Positions 35,901 to 51,345 of a stretch of DNA of 64,000 nt are shown here, one piece after another. The stretch spans positions 437,526 through 501,525 of the forward strand of contig NW_003314273.1 in the NCBI RefSeq assembly GCF_000143415.4, in the 5' to 3' direction. A program made the translations under genes and the position numbers. The stretch comes from Selaginella moellendorffii. Lineage: Eukaryota > Plantae > Lycopodiophyta. The notes below the pieces were generated by a model, which saw nothing but the letters and a program-made list of their open reading frames with translations, was not told the origin of the DNA and did no database searches. How positions within the stretch are numbered: the first letter of the stretch is position 1; each line of letters opens with the position of its first letter.

Positions 35901-38900
35901 CCATTTGACTTGGTCTAGAAGGTCATAAGCGGATGAAAAGGGAAAAGGCTTGCCCACCTCCTTCCAGACAGTCAAAGTTGTTACCATTGTATGGGAAAAA
36001 AACTAAATTTCTGCACGTCGCCACCAATCAAACTTGTAAGATTGCTGTTCGTGAGCATCAAAGAAAGCTTCAAATCATGAACGAGAGTCTAAAGGCCATC
36101 GCATTTGTAACAATTGGCAAGAGACTTCCCTTCACCTCTGCAATTTCTTGCAGTTTGATAGATAGATCAGCATTGCAACATTTTACCAGCCTCCACACAC
36201 AAGCACTCTTTTAGATACTCTTGTATAGGAAATTGATAAGTAGAAACACTTGTCTTCGTTTGGTTATTATAAATAAAAGTTCCTACTAAATACTGATTAA
36301 ATTGAGAATTGTAATCCAAGTAGAAATTTGATTATTAATTGATTATTTTTACTCTTTACATTTGGCCTTTGACATTTTGCTTTATTTAGTTATTATGTTG
36401 CAAGTTTATATTTTTATGGGTTCTTAAAATCTATGAAATCAAGAATGCTAATATTTAAAGCAAATTTTTATGGGTAATAAAGTTTTATTAGTTTCACTAT
36501 TTTATGTTTCTTGAGAAAATATTATAATTTAATATATATTTAGTTACACACACACACACACACACACACAATATAAAGGTATTCTTAAAGTATAACACCA
36601 GACTGGTATACAACTACTAAATTTTTTACAATTGCATTAGCTGATAATAATATATATTTTATCTTAAAAATATTAAAATAATGATATTTTAAAATTCTCA
36701 ATATACCAATTAATGTTAAAAACTTTATAGAAATTGTTACAATAAAAGTAATAAAAATTATATATTTTAAATAAATAAAATGGGATTTAAAATTAGATTA
36801 AAGATATAGTTTTTTAATTCTTTAATAAATAATAGTATTTAAATAGGATATTTATGTGAAGCAAAAACTCCAACAACACTAACATGAGTGAGTACAAAGA
36901 AGCACTGCTGCCTAAAGATTAAAACTTATTATTTTCCATCACAACACTCACTTACTCAATTATTCTTTACTTTTCCTAAGGCTTTCTTTTGTATTTTCTC
37001 TCCCTCTCCCATCAATATTATTATTTTCCTTTGATCCTTTATGGCAATAAATAAAATATTAAACACATACCATTTACAAGATCTCTTCTAGTTATGAGGT
37101 GTATAGGCAAAACTTTAAAGCTATAGTTGAAGTATGAAGAACAAAGAAGCAATTAAAAACACAAGGGCTTTGATTTTCTTACTGTCCCAAACATTTCAAT
37201 CAGCAATGTTAATCTAACTTTTCTTTGATCCCTTGGGCTGTAATCTTTGGTCTTAACACCTAGGTGAATTTGGTGAATTGGCTAGAAGAAAGTCATAAAC
37301 TTAAAAATCACATCTATTATACACTCTTGACAACCATGAGGAATCGAGTGCTCTTAAATTTTAGAGAAAACCCCCTGAGGGACTAGTGAGTCCAACCAAC
37401 TTTATTATAAGGGCACTTCTAAATACCAATAGACTAGTGAGTCTGGCCAGCTTGACTAGAAGAACTTGACAAAGATGCTAGAATCTCCAGAACACTAGGT
37501 TATTTTGGCAATATAAAGTCCTTGCAAGGATATTAATTTGTTTCTTCTCAACAACAATATTTCTAGATGTGTCCAAAGTTCCAATCAAGAGGATTTCCTA
37601 ATATTCTTAGTGTATTTTTTTGTATTAAAAGTCCAAGTAGAACTTAATATTCACCAAATTCCAAAATTTCACAATTAGCATAATTATGCCTAGTTAGCAT
37701 CATCCTATTATATACATTGGGCATATATTGTAAAATATCATAAATGTGGCTTCAGGTATCAAAAAATACTTGTTAACCAGTACGTTTAGACATTCTCTCT
37801 TCTGCCATAAAGGTCGATATAGTTGGACCACTTTATTATTGTCCCCTATTATGCTAGTGGAGTTAATTGGACATCTTAAGTGTACTTAAACTAAACAAGC
37901 ATAAGGATTGAATTTTTTATATATTATTAGCTAAATGTGTTGTATGTTGCATTAGCTAATGATAAGAACCCTCATGTGTTGAGTCTAGTTCCTCAATAAT
38001 GCTTTATGATAGCTTATTGTGTCCACCAAACAGCCTCACTATCATACCTCATGTATTGGTTCCATTCAGTCTTTTGTGCTATTTATAGTAAGTGGTTAAA
38101 TCTGTCTAAAATGCATATCTATGGAATTTAGAGAGTGTCATGAATCCCATGGTGTTGTTCCTACATCCCAATTCACAATTTAGTTCTATTCCATATCTAG
38201 TAAATTTTCAAATCCCATAAACTAGTTCTTGAGATTGGGGTGAAAGCTAAAAGCATGCATTTTTCTAGGGTAAGGGATGAGGGGTTGTGGGGGGTTCTAA
38301 ATATATAGTAAAGATAGTATTTGGAAGCATTATTGACCATCTAAAATATTAATTTGGCTCATGCTAGGTTGTATTGCTCATGATTTTGTGTCTAGCTTGG
38401 GAATAATCTCAAGTTCCATGTTGCTCTAATCAGTGGGGTATCCACCTTTTTGTTATAAGCCACTAGTATGCCAGAATTGGGCTAAACACCATCTGATACT
38501 ATTTTACATGCAAAAGTTGGATATGGGGAGTTAGTGTTCGTAAAAGATATTAAGTGTGTACCAAATCTTCATTTTGTTGCACAAAGGGTTTGGAGTTTGA
38601 TATAAGCTATAAATATTTTTTTTTTAATTTGCCAACTTACCTTTTTTATTCGACCACTTTTGCTTTGGCATTAGTTAAGTTCCCTTGTCAAGGTCCCCAG
38701 TTATTATACCATCTTTTAGTTGGTCCTACTTGGATTTAGCTTCCTCACTACACAAGTAATGAAGTGTTAGCCATGCATCTACAGATTCATAATATTTCTC
38801 TTAATCCCTCTCCTCAAGTGAGTTTGGACTTAAGATTTAATTACAATCCCTATAAGCACAACCAGCTAAACACACCAAGCCTCTAAGTTTTTTATATGCC

Positions 38901-40619
38901 TAGGTATAACAAAACTTAATCACAAAACCTTCTAAATCCCAAAACTTATGTGCATTTCTTGTTTCGAGTGTTGCAACACAAATTTATTGTTGCTTATCTT
39001 TACGTTACATGTTATAGCCAGAGAAACCACTCTTACTCCCACTTCTACCCTTGCTCCTATTTTTACTTTCGCTTTTACTCCTACTCCCGATCTTACTACA
39101 ATTGTTGCTCCCACTCTTACTCTCACTCCTATTCTCTAGTTGTAGCTATGGGTGTTTTGAGAGATAGGGAGAGGAAATTTTGATTCTCAAAATATTCCAA
39201 ATAGTAAAACTCCATAAAGGCTATATCAAAGGTCCTCCCTATTTCCTCTGGCAATTAATTAAGTTTGGAATTACAGTTTTGTGAATTTGTATGTGAAGGA
39301 TGGATCCGTGGTTAGGGCTTAAAGATGACCTAAAACTTGGTGAACTCAACATGAATAAGCTAGTTTAGTTTTCTTGAAAGAATGGACAGTTTGTTTTAGG
39401 AAATTGAGAAAAATCTTGAGTTCTAGGGGTTAGATTCATATTCTTAGAGACCTTAGGACCATTAAGGGTTTCAACTTCTAGGAATTTAGAGTGTAAGTTT
39501 AAAGGATTTTTCTCGTTCTTACATTAATTTTCTACATTACCTCTTTCCACTTGGTTTTCTAGTGATTTCTCATGATTAGTATATTGATTCTGGTTTTTCT
39601 TTCTTTGGGTCGATACGACTTGGCATCCTCTTTCCAACAAGCTAAAGAGCACCTTGTTTTGTGGAGGATTCAATTGCTAATTTAATGAAATTTTGTCCAT
39701 CACACTCCTTTGTTTTTCATGGCAAATTTTTCAACACTCTAAGCTTGCGATTTTAGGACTGATTCAAGAATTTTTTTTTCTGGATATGTAAATATAAAGA
39801 CAAGCTTTTCGGAGAGTCCTTTCTTGGTAGCCAATTCGCTTTAAGCTATGACATGGAGTAGTTTTTCTCTCACGGCGCTTTATAGCTCAAATTTGCAAGT
39901 TTCTAGCTTAATCTTGAGGGAATTTGAAGTGTCATTCTCATGGAAATCATTACGGCCATGTTATTACCTTTTACCAATATTAAAAATGAGTGTTTCTTGT
40001 ACTAGGGAGTGCATTTTCTTTTGTTTTCCTTCTTATTGTCTAGAATTTAATGTTTGAATCAATTTTTTCTTGAGATTTTAGGCATTTTAACTCATGGTTT
40101 TGGTTTCATTCTCTTGGTTTGAGTATAAACTTTTAAACAAGTCCATCCACACCCATTTTTGTGTGCAAAGTTAAGAGATTTCCATGCAAATGTTTTCCTC
40201 TTAGGCATTTTGAGTATTGGAGTTTAATTTTTTCTTTTTTCCCCCTTTTCTTTGCAATATTTTTTTCTTTTGTCGTGAGAAATTGGCATTTGCAAGAGTG
40301 AGAGTGATTTTATTTGGGAAAATCTACATGAGGATACTCTTTTATTTGGAGTTATCCCATTTAGATACTTTGCTCTCACACAAGTCAAAGTTCTTTGTGC
40401 GTTGTATTTTCCACAACCTGGCATCTACTACATAGTGGACATTTTATGCTAGTTCACACTTGTTCCAATTAGAGATGGCAACTAGCAAACTTCCATACAG
40501 TGCCTAGGGTATGGGGACATTTTTCACACCTTTTACGAGAGCTCGATTATCAAACTACTCTTTTTGATGAGGAGGATTCATCATTCATTACAGATATCGA
40601 GTCAGGGAGTCCACCATCC

Positions 40620-42463
40620 ATGGCTCTTCCTACATAAATCCACATTCTACACCGAGGCACCAACTTGATATACTTATCTGGCAATGGCGACATCTTTGCC
40701 AATACACATGTCACTCATTTCAAGCAATATTGCATGTCGAATGGCATCATCAAGGATGATCACAAGCTTTGTGACTTCTTGCAATCGCTCACTAGCCAAG
40801 TAAAAACGTGGGTAGAGACACTCTTGGAGGTAGATATGGCTGACAACTCCACATTCAAAGCATCTTTCTAAGGTCACTTTGGTCAGCAGTGACCAACAAA
40901 TCGCTTACTCATGGATTTGTTCGTTTTTTGGCAAGGAGCATGTGAATTTGTGCCGGAATATGTGATGTGGTTTAGGTTTTACTAGAAGGAGTGTGTCCTC
41001 ATCACAAATGAACCTCATGGCATCACTACATTCATCTTTGGCCTCAAGGGCAATCTCAAATGCAAGATGCTTAAGCGAGAGTTTTGGATGTGTTATGAGG
41101 CATTTGCTATAGTAGAGACTTTGGAGTGGGATCTTCTCCAAGATCTCAAGATTCCTAGGGTAGAGGAGGTTTTCCTCCCACCTTCAGATGAGAGCTCATG
41201 TGCTACCATGATCCATTCTTCTCCAGCCCCGCACAGTGATGATAAAGTTCCCTCAATGATCGAGAAGGCATTGTCGAAGCATGCAAGATACAAGGAGATT
41301 ATCTAGCAGCAATGATAAATGCAAGAGAAGCTACTTGAGGAGATTAAAGCATGCTGCTTACAGTAGGCAGGGAGACTAAGATGCCCTCTTCATTCTTGGT
41401 ACTACTCGCATTGTGATGTTACGATACACAACATAAAGAGATGTTGGAAGCTTCACTTAGAACTTCAACCACCTTTTGTCCAGCATGTTTAACAGTAACT
41501 TCTACCAGACAACATATTTCTTCCATGGCTAGAGATAGATACCAGCAAAAATTGGAGTAGAAAGCGATCGAAGACACCCTTTCATTGAGCTGTGGAAACA
41601 CTGATGCATGTCAACATAGTTTATGTTGTAGAGGACAGTTATAAGATGGGTGCTATGACTCAAGGGTGCAAGAAGGTTTCTCCTTTAGCCCCAAATATTG
41701 ATGGTGAGCAAGATCTAGCTGTAGTTTCTAGAACTTCCCCATCTCTCATGGCATGCAAGTTACCCCATGCTTCGGTATTTGCAATGCCACCCACATCCTT
41801 GGCCACAACTTCAAATCTAACAATTGGATATTCATCCAACTTTCAATGTGGGGTTTCCTAGCTGCCCTCCACTCTTTCTCAAGTCCCATAAGAAGTTCTT
41901 GCTTAGATTGTTAACACTTCAGTCTAGATCACACTTGGTGAGCTTTTGCAATATGTACCTGGTTTTACTCCTTAGCTAGAGGCTTTGCCAAGTCCACAGG
42001 CATCCCCATGGAACATCAGTATAACATCCACATCATCAACACTCATACCACTTATGATCCCAAAGCATTCTTTGTGGAGGTCCACATCAGCGATAGATCT
42101 TTGACAGCACAAGCATTACTTGATTCTAGATCCCAGAGCAACATCATCTCCCTCAACTTGGCACTTTCTAGTGGCTTGGAAGTGGTGAGAAACACAACTA
42201 TCATCCTCAAAATGTTTGCCAATCACTAAATTGTTCCTACAAGCATCTATTGGAATGTCAAGATCTTGGTGCAAGGAGTGGTTTCCATGCTAAATTTCCT
42301 TGTTGTGGACTTCCAACAACTAGGATTTGGGAAGCTGAAGGACTCCATTATCTTAGGACGGATTTACATGACAACTTGGGCCAAGGGAGAATCAACGATT
42401 ACCAACAGCATCTATGGTAGCAACTCTTCTCAATACCCATGGTCATTCTCTACTTCCATATAG
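40620..42463 (+). pseudogene. Degenerate gag + protease, unit 2 copy
   Basis: Paralog of 4525-6368. ORF 42008-42229 reads FFVEVHISDRSLTAQALLDSRSQSNIIS. Confidence 0.7.
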
Positions 42464-44833
42464 CTTGTCTCAAGTGGATGCTTCTTTCATTATTGAAGTT
42501 GACTAGGCTCTCAAGGTTTTTTTCCTGAAACTTATCGAGGATGACATGCTGTTGGAGATCCAAGTTGCTGACTACAATATGATTGACTTCTTCAACATGG
42601 ACTGGACTACATCAACACTTTTGAGTACACTTTTGACTTTCCAGCTTAGTGACTACACTCTTGGTGGCACTTCTCACCCCAAACTTGTAGTCCAACCTTG
42701 CTACTCACTTGGGATACGACCATGACATAAAGGTGGCAGGCATTTTCTAGCAGCATCTCGACTTTTCCTTGGAGTTTCTCCCAACTTGGCACTTCATCTT
42801 AGCTCTTCCCAAACTTAGGTTCATGGCTGGATCCCAACTTCATTCTGCTACAACACTCGAAGCATTCTCTGACACTATCGACACTTCACTCAACCACCAG
42901 ATCTTCATCAGCGACACATGATGACTTCCATAGGTCCTTGGGGACACTTTCTACCATCCTCATGAGGCTCCCATCCTTCCAAGCAGTTCCAGCATCCTAG
43001 ATTCTCTTACAGTGACATTATTCACCATCTTAGGCATTTTTGATGCAATCTAACACTTGAGGGTGACTAAGTTAGTTTCAGTGGCATTCTAGGCATTTTA
43101 TAGGATTCCTTGCATCCTCTTGATGCTTCCATCATCATCACCCATCACAGAAGCCACTTGCACTTATTTTTTTACTTTTTTGTTTTTTTATGTTTTTCTT
43201 TCTGCTCTCACTCTTTTTACATCTTTCAGGTCAAGGAATTATGTGGAGAAAGTCTCTTTACCTCTACCCCTATTTTTATTCCTACTCCTACTACTGCTCT
43301 TGCTCCCACTACTACTCCTACTCCTACTCCCCAGTTGTAGATATGGGTGTCTTGAGAGAGAGGGAGAGGATATTTTGATTCTTAAAATATTCCAAATGAT
43401 TGTATAAAAACCATGTGAAGGTGAAATATCAAGGGTCCTCCTCATTTTCTCTTGTTGTTGAGTTTGAAGCTACAGCTTTGTGAGTTTATATGTGAGGGAT
43501 GGATCCATAATTGGGGCTAAAAGATGCCCTAATAGATACTCTTTCCACCTTTTGCCTTTGGGGTGCCCTAGCCATGTGGTTAGAACAAGGTTTTGATGAG
43601 CAATGCCAGGTATCCAAGTAGGTAGTGCCACCCACACTTAAATTGGGAGCATTGACTATTTGATCTCCCAGGGGAGTTAGAGTTAGCTCTTGAATACTTC
43701 ACCAAGTTCACTTGTCTGTCTATATTCACTTTAGTCTTAGACTCCTCAATGGTTATATCATCACCCACCACATGGGTATAACCTTCCTTAGCCACATTGG
43801 TTTTACTAGCCAAACTAGTTCCACTGAAGTCCCTTTACTATCCTTTTAAAGCTCACTTGGGAAATAATTGCTTTGGGATTTCACTTCAGATTCAAACTCA
43901 AACTTGGACTAGGTCTTGGACTCAGTCTTGGACTCGGTCTTGGACTCGGTCTGGGTCTTGGCCTCTATCTTGGTCCCAGTCCCGGTCCTTGTCTCAAGCT
44001 CCATTTTGGGCTCCATTTTGGGCTCCATCTTAGACTCCTTCTTAGACTCCATCTAGACTTGATCTTAGGTCCATCTCAAACTCTATCTCAGGCTCCATCT
44101 TGGGTCCATCTCGGGTCCATCTCGGACTCTTTCTCGGGCTCTATCTCACATCCATCTCAAACTTCAATTCATACTCTATCTTGGACTCCTCGGATTCCAT
44201 CTTAGGTCCATCTCGGACTCAATTATGACACTTCCACGTGTCATATGTTGATCCTTTTGTTTCCCTTTTCTAGAGGCTTGCTTATTGATTGCTTTATGCT
44301 TTCAATGGGAGTTCCACTCTTGCTCTCAACTTTTTGAGTTAAAACTTTTAGTCCAAATGTGTTATGCTTGTCTAGCTTTCACTTCAACCACTACCATATG
44401 GCACCCTCTTAGCTCCACTCTAGATAGCTATTGTTTGAGGATGCAAGAAGAGCAAAGATAGAAAGGTTTTAATTTCCCTTAAACTACTTAAATGGTCTAG
44501 AGTTTAGGGTTTAAAGATTTGTGTCTCATAGAAGTGTAGGTGTTACTACCTACTTGGATATTTGGTATGGCTCATCGAAACCTCGCTCTAGCCACATGGC
44601 TAGGGCACCTAGAGGCAGAAGGTGGGGAGAGTACCCACAAGGTTCGCATTGGGCTATAGTGTTTCGAAATATTATCCTAAAGTCCTAGACTGTGGAAAGG
44701 AAAAGGAGTAGTCCTCTTGTGTAGTGACCAAGCATATAATCACGTGGCAAGGAAGTTTTAGAGGTGGATAGGACTTAGTGGTCAGGCCTTCAGGCCTTTG
44801 GGCTAACCCAGTGGTAGTGTTGGCAAGCATAAC

Positions 44834-47800
44834 TGTAGCGCACGTGGTTTTGACCCTTTATCCTATGGTGATTTACCATAGGATAACACCACGAAGCGGA
44901 ACCTAAACCCTCTTTGTGCCACGTGACAGATGCCTCGTGTCACATGCTACGTGTCCATGCCACGTGTCCATAGGAACCTGAGGTTCAGCACCTTGGGCCA
45001 CTGAATGAAGGAACGGTGCCAAACTCCCAAGCGTGGAGCCAAGGAGTGATGGAACCAAACCACGGAGCAACTCCTAAGCATAAAGGCCAAGGAGCGAAGG
45101 GACAGGAGCCCAGAGTGACTTGGAACAATCCTAGAGTAACCAGCATTCCAATGCCAGGACCAGCACACAAAACGGAGCCAAACGGAGTTTGGCACTATTT
45201 CGGCATACCGGTGGCCTAAGGCGAGAACATGAGTACTCCACCAGCTAGCATGGAATGGAACTTGGGCTTAGACCCAAGCCGGACGCAAAACAAGGACAGG
45301 CACGCAAGCGGGAGCTAGACTATGCCTCAGGTTGGTCGGCCATGCCCGACCTACCCACTATCCCTACTATACATTTGGAACCCCCCATAGCCTCCCCCCC
45401 CTGAGGAACACACGCTTTGGGCTTTCACCCCAAGCCTCCCTTAGTATCAGGAGTTAGTCTCTGGGACAAGCTCGAAACTTACTAAATATGGAATGTCCCT
45501 AGATTGTGAATTTGGACATGGGACGAACACCATTGTGTTCAGACCGATCTCTACATTCCGTAGATATGCCAAATGAACAAATCTGGACACTTTCCATAAA
45601 TAGCATTTGGGACCGAATGAAACTAACACAAAGGGCATGATAGCGAGGGTGTTTGGCAGACACGGTAAGTTATCATCTAGTGATATTGAGGGACCAATCT
45701 CAATATCGCGGGGGTTCCCAAAACTAGCAAGTGCAAATCAACGAATGAGTTTCTCTAACGAGGTCAAGTATGCTTGACAAATAGCACGTAGGAATTCTGT
45801 TCTTATGCCCATCTGGTCAAGTGCACACGCGAAGACCAGTTTCTCAACTAGCTTAGGCAGAGACTGATAACGGGCCAAGCAATACCGACCTCTTACCATC
45901 GTGGCAGTAAGGTAAGAGTGTCTGTAAGGTAACTTTCGATAGTAGTTGACAGGTAACTTTCGATACCCGAAGTCACATTCGCGACACTCTCCCCCGCTAG
46001 GGAAAATCGACGTCCTCGTCGATGCACACTTGAGTCTAGAATACCGCCAAGGAAACAACTCCAAAAAAGTTCACGGTATTCACACTATGTGAGAAATGCA
46101 CCAACTTAAATGAGTTAGGAGGCAACCTCTTTGTCTAACGCAGATGCGGTACTAGCTCAGACACCTTCCGGCCGTCGCCGACAAGGAAATGACCAACGGA
46201 GTGAGCCACCCTTGCTGCTCTGGGAGTCACCCAGCTTACAAAAGTGTGATACACCCATGCCCGCAAGGACATAGAGAGAGAAGCCAGAGGCCCCAACCCT
46301 CATGAGCAAAGAAATCAAACCCGTCGGTAAGGTTTAAATAGACTACTGTAAACAGGCAGTTAGAGTTGTTTACACGGTCACGCCCTTTTGAACGGAATAA
46401 GGAACATCGACAGAGAGGTGGGTTATGTGACCAGTCGACAATAGCTACCCCATGACTAGAGATTTCAACATGCACACGAAGTGCCAAAGCTAATCTGCCT
46501 ATACTGGCCCAAACTCAAAGATCAATAGATGGACAATATCAAAGTTAGAGACAATGATATCTTAGAGACTTAATTATCAGTGACTAAATCTTACATTAGA
46601 ACACAAAAGTATTCCAAGCAAGTTATTGTCCAATAAACCAGTAGTATAGTATAGGAACCACCAAGATCATTGTAACTGGTAAACAGAATACAGGATCCAA
46701 CAAAATTCAATAGCTAGTATATCATCAAGGAAACTCAATGATAAAACTTAATTATCGAAGATGGTAGCTAGAATGCCAAACAATTTGCGAAAGAGAACTC
46801 AAAGAATACAAAGTATCATTGATTGAGAAACACAATACTCGCGAATGTATCACCCAAAGGAAATAACATCCCAACCTATCAGAACTAACTTGAGCAATAA
46901 TCAACAGAATAGAATAAATGTGGCAAAACCAACAAACACTCATTCTTGCCAACTATCACAAAAGCCAATCCAAATAGATCCCAGCCAACAATACTAAGAA
47001 ACTTAAATTGCCTAAGTAAGTGTCAGCAACATCTTACTAATGTTTCAAACCCAATAAACCAATCCAGAGCAAACCACAAAGAACATGTGGTATTGCGAAA
47101 AGCCAAAAACTATCAAAGAGAACAACTAACCATCATGAAAGATCATCAATCATCCTATCAAGAAAGAGATGCATAATCATAGTTGAAGAAAGAATCTACC
47201 ATCCCAAAGTATAACAACTCAGTCTATATCAACAATAATCAAGCAAAACTCTTTGATAAGGATAATCAATTATCCTAGATGATAGTCAATTATCACTAAT
47301 GATTGCTAGATGCAAATACTAACTTTAATCTGGAAGCTAGAAGCCAAAATGCCTTCCCCAACAACTTCTAACAAATGGAACAACGAGCATAAAACTCAAA
47401 GAACCAAAAGCTTGAAGAAGTCTATAGCTAAGTCTTGCCTAACAATGATCACAAGCTTTGCATAAATTAACTTCAATGCTAAAGAAGAAATCATGGTATA
47501 ACCCACAATATCCTCCTCAACACATCCATAAGCTATACTACATAATGCAAAGCTAATGAAGAGCATGTTTGCATCAATTCAAAAGCAAAGCATAACGGAG
47601 CTATGCTCAACAAGTGATCATTTAATCGATCCTTCATGAATCCATCAATAGCAAGACGTAACTCACTTCATAGCAAGCACAAGAAGAATCATCAATGATC
47701 GATATATCCCAACTGAAATCCAGCAAGGATTCAATCACTAACTTTTTCTTCCTATAAAGCTAGCATAGTCCATGACTAAATCACTTTTCAAGGAAAAGCT

Positions 47801-48472
47801 CAAAACTCAACCTCTACTAAACAATCTTGTCTAGAACACAACTAACTCAAACTTGCCACTCAATTCATTTGAACGTCAATATAGTTGCTAATTAGCAATT
47901 GTACAAATGCTAATAACACAAAGCTATAGCCAAATCATCAACACTATCTTCATCAAAACTAATGAAACTCGACATCAATCTTGCGGAGAGACATCTCATT
48001 TCACTAAAATCAACCAACTTCCTCCTATTAACAACTTCACATAGGTTCACCCTAACACAAATTCTCATGACCCATAATATGCTTAAGCCTTGAACATCTT
48101 TTTACCCATTCTTTTGACATCCAACACCGACATCCATAAAATGCAAATGGAACATCCAAGGCTTGATCACGAAGACCACATCTTCGGATATCCACATTGC
48201 ACTAACACTCTTCTTCAACCACTTTCAAGATACAATGTGAAACTAAAACACTAACAAGAAAAATGACATGGAAAATCAAGCTCTAAGGAAACTTCCTCAT
48301 CACTTAAAATAACAATGCCACTTCCACTAACACAAATGCTAGTAATGTCAATGCCTCAACCTCACACCTTCTCTATCCAACAATCTACTTCAAGTGTTAA
48401 CGGATCAACTAATGAGCTATAGCAAATGAATGCTACAACCCTTCTTCCAACACCTTATGGGCAAATCCTCAA
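44834..48472 (-). mobile_element. Element B, unit 2 copy: intact 3' LTR 44834-45986, PPT 45987-45995, interior truncated by deletion
   Basis: tgtagcgcac...cgcgaca followed by ctctccccc. The interior is colinear with 19877-23167 minus solo LTR C. Confidence 0.9.
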
Positions 48473-50211
48473 TGTCTCTAGGCATCCTAAGGATGCTAAA
48501 ATGTGGTCATAAGATGACTACTTATGGACAGATGGCCCAATCTTTGGGAGACAACATTGTGGTATAGGTGGTTCTAGGCTACCAATTAAATAAAGATGAA
48601 TGGATATAGCCTTAGTATAATAGGATGATATGTTATTGGTATCTTTAGGTGTTTATTGTGGGATTGGACATTTGGAGCATTTGGACCAAGTGCAAAAGTT
48701 GAGTGGCATACAAGTCATTCATGAGGCTAGCAAGTCCTTAAGATGGGAATAAAATTTATAAAAATGGTGAATGAAACTCCTCCAAATGGTCAAATGTGTG
48801 GTTAAGTGATTTAGTTGCTTACGTAAGGAGGATGTTCTAAATATTACTTTCTATAACCCATTTAATTTATATGAATTTTTTATGATGCTGTATAGATTGA
48901 ATAATTCTTTGGAGACTTTTTGGATGATATTCTTTACAATATGTTAAAGGTGACTATTGATTTGATTGATAATGTCTTGATCCACCTTAAGGGGACATAG
49001 GAGGAACACACTTCTAATGTTTGTAGAACATTGGGATCAGCTATAGGAAGTTAATTTGACATTGATACGGTTAAAATGCATATATCTTGAGTATTATATT
49101 TTTTATGAAAATTTACAAATTGATTCTGACAAACTTGTGGATGTTATAAAGTTCTCTACTCCAAAGTGCATGAACAATATGCAACACTTTCTTGGCAAGG
49201 TGTAATATCTTTTTCATGTTATTGTCTTTTTTATCATTGCAAGCATTAATGAAGTTGTTCATATTATTTTTCATCTAATTTAGGATTGGAATAGACATTC
49301 GTAGATCTTAAAGATGTGTTGACAATTTTTCTAGTTTTTGAGTATTTTAACTACACTCAACCTTTTGTAAATGCTTTTGACATTATCTCAAAGGTGTGTT
49401 GTTGCAAAAGAGTATGATTGTGTTTGGTTAATATAATTCTATTGTGTATATTAGTCATATGTTGCAACTAATGGAGGTGAACTACTCCATGAAAACAAAA
49501 CTTTCAAAAAGATTTATGCGTATTTGCATAGTTTTTAGACATTGTTAAAAGGTGATTATATTGCAGTCTTTTCATTATTAAAGTGGAAGAATTTTGCTAG
49601 TGTAATGCATGTGATCATGGGATGAAATTTGGATATATTGTTATTGTGGATTCTTGGAACTTTCAGGAATAAATAAGGATAAAATAGCCACTAAGGGTTC
49701 TTTCATCCTTTTCCAGTTGGTTTAAGGGGAGAAAGATAGTGTGGTATCGGAGCAAATGGCACGGGTTCAAATCCTATTAATTAGTGGTTACTTAAAAATA
49801 TAATATACCCTTGAGCAACATATATTCCTACTCCTAAATTTGAAATCGTACATATTGGGCATCCATGCGTACATCCTTCCTCTTAGTAGAGTATCCACGA
49901 ACGAAGGTATCCACTGTGGGACTGCAGTATGAGTGGATGACTAGTTGCCTTACATGGAATAGCTAGTTTACACAATGAAAAGATTGGTAAATTTAATATG
50001 GAAATAGAAGTGTTGCTAATTCAATATGGAAATAGCATGATCTAACATTGCTAATAGAGTTGAGTTTACTTTTACGATTGCTATAAGTTGATAATATTAG
50101 GACCTGGGATTAATATTTGATGACCATTCGTGCACTACTTGGAGCAAAGTTTGTTAAACACTTCTGCCACATATATATGAGATAATAGTAATGTTATGTG
50201 GAGTATAAAGT

Positions 50212-51345
50212 TGTCACGAATGTGATTTTGGGTATCGAAAGTTACTTGTCAACTAGTGCTTACGAACACAATTTCCTTACTGCCACGATAGCAAGAGGTC
50301 AGTATTGTTGGACCCGTTATTAGTTCCCACTTGGGCTAGTTGAGTATACTCAGCAAGAAACACATAGGGGTTCCTACTTTATATTTATCCAATCTAAGTG
50401 CATGGTTATTGACCAATTTTGGCCTAGTTTGAGAAACTTGTGTCATTGGCTTGTATTTGTGAGTATTAAGAATCTGTGCAATATTGAGCTTGGTCCTTCA
50501 ATATTGCTAGATGATAGCTTATCGTGTCTACTAAACACCTTTGCTATCATACCTTTTGTGTTAGTCTCATTTTGGTCTCAAATGCTATTTATATAAAAAG
50601 TGTCTAAATTTACTTATTTGGCATATCTACGGAATGTAGAGATTCTCATGAACACAATGATGTTCATCTCGTATCCAAATTTTCAATCTAAAAACATTCC
50701 ATATTTAGTAAGTTTCAAACTTGTTCTAGAGACTAACTTCTGGTACTAAGGGAGGCTTGGGGTGAAAGCCCAAAGCGTGTGTTCCTCAAAGGGGGGGGAG
50801 GGAGGTTATGGGGGGTTCCAAATGTATAGTAGGGATAGTGGGTAGGTCGTGCATAGCCGATCAACCTGAGGCATAGTTTAACTCTTACTTACATGCTTGT
50901 TTTTGTTTTGCATTTGGCTTAGGTCTAAGCCCAAGTTCCACACCATACTAGCTGGTGAAGTACCCATGTCTTTATGTTAGGCCACCAATATTCCAAAATA
51001 GCATTAGACTTCGTTTGGCTCCATTTTGCATGCTGATCTTGTCATTAGGATGTTGGTTGCTCTAAGACTGTTCCAAGTCACTCTAGGCTCCTGTCCCTTC
51101 ACTCCTTTGGCTATATGCTTAGGAATTGCTTTGTGGTCCAGTTCCGTCACTCAGCTCCATGCTTGGTAGTTTGGGATTTGTTCCTTCGTTTAGTGGCCCA
51201 AGGCCTTGAACCTCAGGTTCCACACCACTATCCTTTGGACACATGGCATATGACACATGGCACATGGAGGGTTTAGGTTCCACTTCATAGTGTTATCCTA
51301 TGGTAAATCACCATAGGATAGGAGGTAAAAACCAAGTGCACTACA
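50212..51345 (+). mobile_element. Solo LTR, diverged B-family, unit 2 copy
   Basis: Same termini and TSD AAAGT (50207-50211, 51346-51350). Confidence 0.9.

Larger units (their letters stand above)
1..36124. repeat. Tandem segmental duplication, unit 1 (longest; carries extra TE insertions)
   Basis: Position 1 (cttcccttcacctctgc...) recurs at 36125. Colinear homology continues through the gag relic, the LTR nest and the gene block (30401 corresponds to 53498). Confidence 0.95.

Noticed and set aside
44834-46240. Solo LTR ending at ...cttaca 46240
   Set aside because: Comparison with 24450-25273 and the PPT places the LTR end at 45986, and there is no TSD at 46240.
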